A stretch of 64,000 bases of DNA from an uncultured Phycisphaerales bacterium (GTDB lineage Bacteria; Planctomycetota; Phycisphaerae; Tepidisphaerales; Tepidisphaeraceae): NCBI GenBank assembly GCA_963844715.1, contig CAWJPJ010000008.1:224001-288000 (forward strand), given 5' to 3'. Numbering within the stretch: the first letter of the stretch is position 1; each line of letters starts with the position of its first letter. Below, piece after piece: positions 54,078-61,767 of this stretch. The position numbers and the translations under genes are program-made. A model generated the notes under the pieces. That model made no database searches. It saw only the letters and a list, made by a program, of their open reading frames with translations, and was not told the DNA's origin.

Positions 54078-54146
54078 CCCCTCCCATCGTGCCGAAACCA
54101 GCGGAAGGGGGCAGGGGGTGCTCCCCCGGAGTACCGGTAGAGGGGA
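54078..54146. repeat. Hairpin-repeat variant with CCGAAACCAGCGGAAG insert
   Basis: Near-identical to 16836..16903. Confidence 0.8.
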
Positions 54147-54147
54147 A

Positions 54148-55085
54148 TCAGGGATGCAGCATTCGGGCGGCGCCGTGTGCCAATAATTGGTCGCAAACTT
54201 TCGCTACGATCTGGGCCTCGAAGTGGGGGGCTTCGGCGGAGGCGGAAATGATGGGGGGCTCGCCGTCGCGTTGGCCGACGACGGCGCGGACGCGGAAGGT
54301 GCGGCCGACGAACTCGGCGAGGGCGGCGATGGGGGAATGGCAATCGCCGTCGAGGATTCGGACGATGGTGCGTTCGAGGGTGGAGCAGAGGTGGGTTTGG
54401 CCGTCGTCGAGGGGAGCGAGGAGTTCGGCGGTTTTGGGGTCGTCCTGGCGGCATTGGAGGGCGAGGACGCCTTGCCCGGGGGCGGGGAGGATTTCCTCGG
54501 TGGGGATGGGGTGCATCCAGGGTTCGAGGAGGCCGGCGCGGCTCGATGCCGGCGAGGGCGAGGATTAGGGCATCGAATTCTCCGGCGAGGAGTTTTTTGA
54601 CGCGGGTGTCGATGTTGCCGCGGATGGGGAGGATATTGAGGTCGGGGCGGAGGGCGAGAAGCTGGCAGCGGCGGCGGAGACTGCCGGTGGCGACGCGAGC
54701 GCCGTGGGGGAGATCGCGCAGAGTTGTTGCCGTCTTGGAGATGAGGAGATCGCGCGGGTCGTGTCGGCGGGGGGTGGGGCGATGCGACAAGTTGGATTGG
54801 GCGACGAGGGGCATGGTCACGGGGACGTCTTTATAACTGTGGACGGCGAGGTCGATCTCTTTGGCAAGAAGGGCTTGCTCGAGTTCCTTGACGAAGAGGC
54901 CTTTTCCGCCGGCGTCGGCGAGGGAGATGTCGGGCAGTTGGTCGCCGGTGGTTTTGATGATGATGGTTTCGATTTTGAGATGGGGGTGAAGGGCTTGGAG
55001 ATCGGCGATGACGAGCGCGGCTTTGGGCGAGGGCGAGGGGGCTGCCGCGGGTTCCGAGCCGGAGTGTGACAGGCGCAGACATCAT
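54148..55085 (-). CDS. hemC: Hydroxymethylbilane synthase (frameshifted)
   Basis: LGTRGSPLALAQ, TGSLRR, IRGNIDTR, PAPGQG, DGDCHSPI. Confidence 0.93.
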
Positions 55086-55102
55086 CGTTATCTTAGCCGC
55101 CG

Positions 55103-56029
55103 ATGGCGGGGCGTGTCTTTATTACCGGCGGGAGCGGATTTGTGGGGTCGGCCGTGGTCGGGGAGCTGGTCGGGCGCGGGTATGGGGTTAATGCGCTGGT
55201 GAACCGCAGGACGATAGCGGCGGGGGAAAATGTTCGGTTGATCCAGGCGAGCGTTTTTGACGGGGGGGCGCTGGATGAGGGGATGACGGATTGTCAGGCG
55301 GTGATTCATCTGGTGGGGATCATCATGGAGAAGCCTGGGGAGGGGATTACATTTCAGAAGATGCATGTGGAGGCGACGCGATGGGTTGTGGAGGCGGCCT
55401 GGCGGAAGGGGGTTCGGCGGTATGTGCATATGTCGGCGCTGGGGACGGGGGCGGAGGCGATATCGGATTATCACAAGACTAAATGGCGAGGCGGAGGAGC
55501 TTGTGCGGGGGAGCGGGTTGGATTGGACGATTCTCAGGCCGTCGGTGATTCATGGGGCGCGGGGCGAGTTTATGAAGATGGTGGCGGGGTGGGCGCAGGG
55601 GGACGAAGCGCGCCGTTTTTTTTCATGCCTTATTTTGGGAAGGGGTTGCTGGGGCGCGGGGGGGCGGGGTTGGTGCAGCCGGTGTATGTGGAGGATGTGG
55701 CGCGGGCGTTTGTGGATTGTTTGGAGAATCCTCGGACGAGCAAGAAGAGTTATGATTTGGTTGGGGCGGAGAGGATAACCTGGCCGGAGATGTATGGGAT
55801 TGCGGCGGAAAAGTTTGTGGGGAAGAAGAAGGCGGCAGTGGGGATTCCGGTTTGGTATGCGAAGTTGCTGACGAGGATTTTGCCGGGGGGGATGCTGCCG
55901 TTTAATCGGGATCAGGTGATTATGAGCGGGTTGGATAGTGTGGGGGATGGGGAGGGGTTTGAGAAGGATTTTGGGTGGAAGGGGCGGGGGTTTGCGGAGA
56001 CGTTGTCGGAATATTCTTATGGGATGTAA
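55103..56029 (+). CDS. NAD-dependent epimerase/dehydratase (NDUFA9-like SDR)
   Basis: TGGSGFVG, HLVGI, HMSALG, Y...K, QPVYVEDVA. Confidence 0.88.
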   Translation: MAGRVFITGGSGFVGSAVVGELVGRGYGVNALVNRRTIAAGENVRLIQASVFDGGALDEGMTDCQAVIHLVGIIMEKPGEGITFQKMHVEATRWVVEAAWRKGVRRYVHMSALGTGAEAISDYHKTKWRGGGACAGERVGLDDSQAVGDSWGAGRVYEDGGGVGAGGRSAPFFFMPYFGKGLLGRGGAGLVQPVYVEDVARAFVDCLENPRTSKKSYDLVGAERITWPEMYGIAAEKFVGKKKAAVGIPVWYAKLLTRILPGGMLPFNRDQVIMSGLDSVGDGEGFEKDFGWKGRGFAETLSEYSYGM

Positions 56030-56053
56030 GGGCGAGAAGGATACAATACGGGA

Positions 56054-56266
56054 ATGGAACCGGCGATCACGGCAGATGCGAAGGTGATGCATGGGGCGCC
56101 GTGCTTTTCAGGCACGCGGGTGACGGTGCAGACACTTTTTGATTGGCTGGAGGAGGGGCATAGCATCGACTATTTCCTTGAACAATTTCCAAGCGTAGAA
56201 CGTTCGCAGGTCGTCGCGGTACTGGAATCGGCAAAGCGCCGCACAGTTGAGGAAGCGGCGCGGTGA
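56054..56266 (+). CDS. DUF433 antitoxin-like protein
   Basis: I..D..VMHGAPCF.GTRV.V..L...L..G.SI..FL..FP. Confidence 0.88.
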   Translation: MEPAITADAKVMHGAPCFSGTRVTVQTLFDWLEEGHSIDYFLEQFPSVERSQVVAVLESAKRRTVEEAAR

Positions 56267-56304
56267 AGCTGCTGCTGGATGAGAATCTTCCTCCCAAGAT
56301 TTGA
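56263..56304 (+). pseudogene. Truncated DUF5615 PIN-like toxin (13 codons)
   Basis: GTGA overlap with DUF433 stop; MKLLLDENLPPKI*. Confidence 0.7.
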
Positions 56305-56337
56305 ACGGCCGCTTTCGCCCGACTGAAGTCGCGCCGT

Positions 56338-56460
56338 TTATCTTCCGAACATTTTGGCGATGATAAAGATTAGAAACGCGCCGCCTAGCCCTCCGCCGAA
56401 GAGGAGGTAGAGGACGGCGTAGCCGATGGCGCCGACGGGGAGAATGACTGTGTGAATCAT
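56338..56460 (-). CDS. Small 40-aa hydrophobic protein
   Basis: MIHTVILPVGAIGYAVLYLLFGGGLGGAFLIFIIAKMFGR*, GGAGG upstream. Confidence 0.7.
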   Translation of the reverse strand: MIHTVILPVGAIGYAVLYLLFGGGLGGAFLIFIIAKMFGR

Positions 56461-56553
56461 ATATGTTGCCTCCAATGGTGAGCAGCTTCGCAGAAGAATG
56501 AGAATGAGGGGATCGGGGGAGGGATGGGTTTTGGGTGGGGGAAACCCTCATGA

Positions 56554-56757
56554 CTAGAAACTAGAAACTGGAAACTAGAAACTAGAATTCCGAGTCAAAC
56601 CTGAATGACCGAATGTCTGAGTAGTTCGCACTTCGTGATCAAGCGACGATCTTTTGCGATGGGGCGATGTTCTTTCTTCGAGCGCGGCCCCTCACCCTTG
56701 CCCATTCTGCGGAAACTGGCGGAGGCACGGGGGGAGGGGATAAGAGGTCGCGCGGGT
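56554..56757. repeat. CTAGAAA heptamer module plus CCCCTCACCC repeat variant
   Basis: ctagaaactagaaactggaaactagaaactagaa; gcccctcaccc...gggataagaggtcgcgcggg. Confidence 0.8.
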
Positions 56758-56778
56758 TTTATTTTTGTCTGGGGACGA

Positions 56779-57501
56779 TCAGGCCAGGGCGGTGACGGCG
56801 GATTCTACTTGGGAGGCTATTGTGTTCCAGCCTTGGCGATTGTTGGGGGTTTCGGGGAAGGAGAGGGGTTGGCCTATGGTGAGTTGGATGGGGAGGGGGC
56901 GGGGCCAGCGGCGATTGGGGGGGAGGGATTCGAAGGTGCCGCGTAGGCGGCAGGGGAGGACGGGGATGGGGCTGGCGGCGAGAATCATGCCGAGGCCGGC
57001 TTTGAATTTGCCCATGGAGCCGTCGCGGGTGCGGGTGCCTTCGGGGAAAATGATAAAGACGCATTCTTCTTCGGCGAGGCGGGGCGCAGATCGGCGAGGG
57101 TGTGGGAGACGGGCGTCTTGCGCCGACATGGGGAGGGCGTTCATGAAGAGTGCGGACATGGCGGCGGTGACGTTGGTTTGGAAGAAGGTGTCGCCGGCGG
57201 CGATGGGGTAGGCGCTGGCGCGGAGACGCCAGGGGAGGGAGGAGGCCAGGACTAGGGCGTCGAGATGGCTGCTGTGATTGGCGGCGAGGACGAAGGAGCC
57301 GTGGGCGGGGATGTGCTGGCGGCCTTGGACTTTGAGACGGTGGAAGATTTTCAGGCTGGTGTGGACGAAGGACCAGTACCAGAAGTGGAGGAGCCAGGGG
57401 GCCAGGCCGGATTCTCGGTGGACGCTGCGGAGGCGCTTGGCGAGGGGGAGGCCCAGGTCGCGCGGCGGGTTGTAGTTTCCAGGGGTCCATGGGTGCGTCA
57501 T
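56779..57501 (-). CDS. Lysophospholipid acyltransferase (PlsC family)
   Basis: NHSSHLD, FPEGTR, FK.G. Confidence 0.92.
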   Translation of the reverse strand: MTHPWTPGNYNPPRDLGLPLAKRLRSVHRESGLAPWLLHFWYWSFVHTSLKIFHRLKVQGRQHIPAHGSFVLAANHSSHLDALVLASSLPWRLRASAYPIAAGDTFFQTNVTAAMSALFMNALPMSAQDARLPHPRRSAPRLAEEECVFIIFPEGTRTRDGSMGKFKAGLGMILAASPIPVLPCRLRGTFESLPPNRRWPRPLPIQLTIGQPLSFPETPNNRQGWNTIASQVESAVTALA

Positions 57502-57604
57502 GTGAGGGGCAAATGATCGGGCAATTCGAATTTGTTTTCGATCATGCGCCCCGCGAGCGGGGCCGCTAAACAGGTAGATCTCGGGGTCCTCCGCGGAAGG
57601 ATTT

Positions 57605-58612
57605 TTAGAGCAGTCCGCTGAAGATTCTGTAGGGCTCGTTTAGGCCTACGCCTAGATGATACCCGACGTGGTGGAAAACGGCGGGTGAGACGAGGAGGAG
57701 GCTGTTGAATCGGTCGAGGACGCCGCCGTGGCCGGGGAGGGTGGCGGCCATGTCCTTGATGCCGATGTCGCGTTTGATGCTGGAGAGGAGGAGGTCGCCG
57801 AGTTGGCCGAGGATGCTGATCATGGCACCGAGGGTGAGGGCATCGCTCCAGGTTCCGATTTCGGTGCCGCGGAAGACGAGGCGTTCGAGGACGGCGGCCA
57901 GGAGGGTGGTGAGGATGAGGGCGCCGAGCGCGCCGCCTACGGTTTTGTTGGGGCTGGTGTTGGGGGCGAGCTTTCTGTAGCCGAAGGATTTTCCGCAGAT
58001 GAAGGCGAAGACATCGTTGAGTTCGACGCAGAGGACGATCCAGAAAATGATCTGGCGGAAGCGCGGGTCGTTGGCAAAGAAGCTGAGGTGTCCGAGGCAG
58101 ACGCCGAAGAGCATGAAGCCGAAGATTCCCAGGCCGACGCGCTGGATGTAGCCCTTGGGGTCGTCGCGGGCGATGGAGACGACGGCGATGGCGCCGACGG
58201 TGAGTGGGGCGAGGGCGGTGAAGAGGCCGTACCAATTGTCGAGGGCGGCGAAATTGACGAGGAGGATTCCCAAGACGACGACAAGACTGATGAGTCGTTC
58301 GCGGAAGAGGCCGGTGGCGCGGGCGAATTCGCGATAGCAGAGGAGGCTGAGGAGTGTGACGGCGAGATTGGCGGCGGCTGCGCCGAGGAGGACGGGGCCG
58401 ATGATGAGGGGGGCGAGAATGAGCCAGGAGACGTAACGTTCCCAGAGTTCGCGGTGGAGTTTTTCGTCGAGTTTTCCGGCGCGCTTGAGGAAGTGGAAGA
58501 CGACGGGAGTGGCGGCGAGGACGGCGGCGACGGCGATGGTGAGGCCGAGGACGAGGCGCGAGTCGAAGGCGTGCTGGTAGCCGAAGAGTCTTTGATGGGT
58601 TTGGGCGGTCAT
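57605..58612 (-). CDS. Phosphatidate cytidylyltransferase (CdsA/YnbB-like)
   Basis: SPNKT.GG, GDL..S.IKR..GIKD, LPGHGGVLDRFNS. Confidence 0.92.
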   Translation of the reverse strand: MTAQTHQRLFGYQHAFDSRLVLGLTIAVAAVLAATPVVFHFLKRAGKLDEKLHRELWERYVSWLILAPLIIGPVLLGAAAANLAVTLLSLLCYREFARATGLFRERLISLVVVLGILLVNFAALDNWYGLFTALAPLTVGAIAVVSIARDDPKGYIQRVGLGIFGFMLFGVCLGHLSFFANDPRFRQIIFWIVLCVELNDVFAFICGKSFGYRKLAPNTSPNKTVGGALGALILTTLLAAVLERLVFRGTEIGTWSDALTLGAMISILGQLGDLLLSSIKRDIGIKDMAATLPGHGGVLDRFNSLLLVSPAVFHHVGYHLGVGLNEPYRIFSGLL

Positions 58613-59313
58613 TGGGCTCCCCGGAGTTTTTTAGAGATGTGATGGAGGCGGCGGGCGCAGGTGATGGCGCTGCCGAGGATGATGATCCAGAGAGCGACTT
58701 CGACGGGTTTCCAGTGTTGCCAGGCGGCGGGGGTGAGGGCGATGAAGAGGCAGAGCATGGTGACGACGAACATACGCTGCTGCTTGGCCATGGGACCGGA
58801 GAAGTCAGTGCCGGCGTTGGCGGATTTTCCGAGGATGCGGATATAGGCGGTGAGGACGGCGAGGAGGGCGGCGAGCCAGCCTAGCCAGGGGATGGCGCCG
58901 GCGGCGTAGCCCAGGCCGATGAGGGTGGCGGGGTCGGAGATTCGGTCGGGGACTTCGTTATAGAGTTCGCCGACGGCGGAGGCGGTGTTAGAGTTGATGG
59001 CGACCATGCCGTCGAGGAGATTGGCGGTGAGGCGGAGTTGAACGCAGGCGGCGGCGAGGAGCCAGAGGGCGCGGGACCAGGGGAGCGGGGTGAATCGGGT
59101 GAGGGCGAGAAGTGAGCCGCCGAGGACTCCGGCGATGGCGCCGGCGACGGAGATCTGGTTGGCGGTGATCCCGCGGGCGGCGATTTTTGGGGCGAGGTTT
59201 TGGAAGAACGAGAGTTTTCTTGCGGCGATGGGTCGGCGGTCGGTGACCTGGTAGGTGGGGTCGGGCATGAGGTCCGCTGATGGCGGAGGCGCCGTCTTTG
59301 GAGCAACTAACAT
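58609..59313 (-). CDS. CDP-alcohol phosphatidyltransferase (YnbA-like); alternative start 59268
   Basis: ANQIS, NLLDGMVA, GELYNEVPDRISD, GPMAK..R. Confidence 0.9.
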   Translation of the reverse strand: MLVAPKTAPPPSADLMPDPTYQVTDRRPIAARKLSFFQNLAPKIAARGITANQISVAGAIAGVLGGSLLALTRFTPLPWSRALWLLAAACVQLRLTANLLDGMVAINSNTASAVGELYNEVPDRISDPATLIGLGYAAGAIPWLGWLAALLAVLTAYIRILGKSANAGTDFSGPMAKQQRMFVVTMLCLFIALTPAAWQHWKPVEVALWIIILGSAITCARRLHHISKKLRGAQ

Positions 59314-59356
59314 ATCGGGTGGGGGGCGGGTTGCAAATTGACGGCCTGGGGGGGCG

Positions 59357-59431
59357 GAAATCCGAAACTAGAAACCCGAAACTAGAAACCCGAAACCCGA
59401 AACAAGCCCGAATGCCCGAATGACTGAAATG
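59357..59431. repeat. GAAACC composite module, left of protease gene
   Basis: gaaatccgaaactagaaacccgaaac...aagcccgaatgcccgaatgactgaa. Confidence 0.85.
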
Positions 59432-59472
59432 GCTATAATAGGCTTCGCGGTATCTTGAGACTGGAGTTTATC

Positions 59473-59910
59473 ATGATCGCTGAACGGGAGAAGTCGATGG
59501 GGCGGTTTTCGGTAGAAGTGGATTTGGCGAACCACAAGGACCTGATTCTTGCCGAGGCGGGCGTCATTCCACCGGATCGAATACGACGGGTGCGCGTGCG
59601 TGGGGTCGTCGATACCGGCGCAGCCCGACTTATCATTCCGGGGTCGGTCGCACAGCAGCTTGGGGTGGATAGTTCCGGCACTGCAATGGTTCGGTATGCG
59701 GACGGACCCACGGCCGATCGCTTAATCGTCAAAGACGTGCATCTGACATACGGGGGACGAGAGAGCGTCTTCAACGCGATTGTTGAGCCGGATCGGGATT
59801 CGATTTTGATTGGGGCGATTGTGCTGGAAGATTTGGATTTTCTGGTGGATTGCATCGGGCAGCGGTTGGTGCCGCGCGATCCTAAGCAGATTGTTTCGGA
59901 AGCAGAATGA
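59473..59910 (+). CDS. Clan AA (retroviral-like) aspartic protease; alternative start 59497
   Basis: VDTGA catalytic motif, ADG flap, LIGAIVLE.LD..VD. Confidence 0.88.
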   Translation: MIAEREKSMGRFSVEVDLANHKDLILAEAGVIPPDRIRRVRVRGVVDTGAARLIIPGSVAQQLGVDSSGTAMVRYADGPTADRLIVKDVHLTYGGRESVFNAIVEPDRDSILIGAIVLEDLDFLVDCIGQRLVPRDPKQIVSEAE

Positions 59911-59913
59911 GGG

Positions 59914-60162
59914 GAAACCAGAAACCAGAAACCCGAAACCCGAATCAAGCCCGAATGCGCGAATGACTGAATGTTTAACTGGGGTGGCGGCCGGCGGGGT
60001 TCGGGACGCCGTGAATGACTAATGACGAATGATAAATGACGAATCAATGGTCGAATGATTGAATGACCGAAAGGGCCATTTCGTCATTTGGACCCGCCAC
60101 GGCGGATGCTGGCGCACATTCGGGTTTGATTGGGGATTCTGGTTTTGGGCTTCGGGTTTCCG
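59914..60162. repeat. GAAACC module, AATGAC array and inverted GAAACC module
   Basis: 59914..59973, 60013..60071, 60076..60162 (reverse). Confidence 0.85.
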
Positions 60163-60168
60163 CCGCGG

Positions 60169-61282
60169 TTATTTGATCTGGACTTCTTTTCCGGCGGCGG
60201 CGGATCTGTAGACGCCGTCTAGAATTTTCTGCACGGCCAGGCCGGCTTCGCCGGGGGCGCGCAACGGTTTGTTGTACAGGCAGGCGTCTGCGAAGTTTCT
60301 TAGTTTTAGGTCGAAGAGATAGGCGAAGTCTGTGCGGGGGCCGATGTAGGCGGGGGATTCGTTGACCAGGTGGGCGGCGCGGTCGGTGAAGATTTGGGGC
60401 GGGTCCCATTGGCAGCCGCCTTTTTCGCCCATGGCGGTGTAGTTCCAGACGTCTTCCTTGATGTGAGCGGCGAAGGAGGCTTCGATTTGCATGATGGCGC
60501 CGGTGTCGAAGCGGATTTGGGCAATGGCGAGGTCTTCTACGGTGTAGGTTTTATAGTCCCAATTGGGCCACATGGAGGAGACGTTGCTTTTTTTGTTGCC
60601 GAGGTAAGTCCAGGTGTTGGCGCTGGCGGCGACGGGGTTGGGGGAGCCTAGAAGGTCGTGGGCCATTTCGATGACGTGGACGCCGATGTCGATCATGGGG
60701 CCGCCGCCTTGGAGTTTTTTTTGGCCGAAGACGCCCCAGTTGGGGATGCCGCGTCGGCGGAGGGCCTGGCATTTGACGAAGAGGATTTTTCCGAAGCGGC
60801 CTTCGTCGCGGGATTGTCGTAGATATTCTGAATTGGGGTGGAAGCGGTATTGGAAGCCTACGGCGAGTTTGCGTTTGGATTTTTTTGCGGCGGCGATCAT
60901 TTTTTCGCATTGAGCCGGGTTCATGGCCATGGGCTTTTCTACGATGACGTGGGCAGCCGGCGAGGAGGGAGTCGATCGTCGGCTCGACGTGCAAGGCGTT
61001 GGGGGTGCAGACGGCGACGGCGTCGGGGGCGTCTTGCTTGAGCATCTGCTGCCAGTGCTCGTGGAGATTTTGGATGCCGAATTTTTCTTTCATTACCTTC
61101 AAGCGGTCGGGGTTGGGGTCGACGGCGGCGATGGCTTCTACGTCGGGCATCGATTGGAGGGAGCGGAGGACGGTTTCGGAGATTCCGCCGCAGCCTATTA
61201 TTGCTATCCGCAGTTTTCTGCCCGAATGTTTTTGGGCTTTGGGGGAGGCGAGAGATTCTGTTGAGACACTTTTTTCGGGCAT
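60169..61282 (-). CDS. Gfo/Idh/MocA oxidoreductase (frameshifted)
   Basis: IAIIGCGGI, CTPN..H, GGG.MIDIGVH, VEDLA. Confidence 0.92.
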
Positions 61283-61304
61283 TTTGGGCTCGGAGAAAAG
61301 AAAT

Positions 61305-61758
61305 TTTGCCACAGATGTAAATCAGATGGACACAGATGAAAATGCGAATTCACTCATTTTTTGAAGCGTTTTACCTCTACTTTTCTTGCGAAATTGATCA
61401 GGAGGCATAGGGGCATGCCGGTTGCGGCGAGATAGTTGAGGCATTGGGCGGTGTGGGCATCGTCGAGGGTTCTTACTGCTTTCAATTCGACGAGGATTTT
61501 TCCCTCGACGATCAGGTCGGCCAGATAATCGCCTACTACGACGCCGTCATAAATGACGGTGATATTCTTTTGCTGTTCGACGCGCAGCCCGGCTTTTCGC
61601 AATTCATGCACCATGGCGTTCTCATATACCCGCTCGGCAAATCCGCAACCCAGGACGTTGGCAACTTTATAAGCACAACCAATGATCTTCTCGGTTATCT
61701 CATTCAAATCTTCATGGTTTGTATTATCTGTGTCCATCTGATTTATATCTGTGGCAAA
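61305..61758. mobile_element. Putative inverted-repeat-bounded GxxExxY element
   Basis: 33-bp inverted repeats 61305..61337 and 61726..61758 (32/33 identical) enclosing one gene. Confidence 0.6.
61354..61737 (-). CDS. GxxExxY protein (PD-(D/E)XK nuclease-like)
   Basis: LGCGFAERVY, ADLIVEGKILVELK, AQCLNYL, LLINF. Confidence 0.93.
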   Translation of the reverse strand: MDTDNTNHEDLNEITEKIIGCAYKVANVLGCGFAERVYENAMVHELRKAGLRVEQQKNITVIYDGVVVGDYLADLIVEGKILVELKAVRTLDDAHTAQCLNYLAATGMPLCLLINFARKVEVKRFKK

Positions 61759-61767
61759 GAATACATT

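Noticed and set aside
417..61282. Mass pseudogenisation or programmed frameshifting in sdhA, ppdK, glmS, hemC and others
   Set aside because: Single-base indels in essential genes, several as compensating pairs (sdhC ~14700-14740, zinc-ribbon gene, epimerase), fit long-read error. Read polishing would decide.
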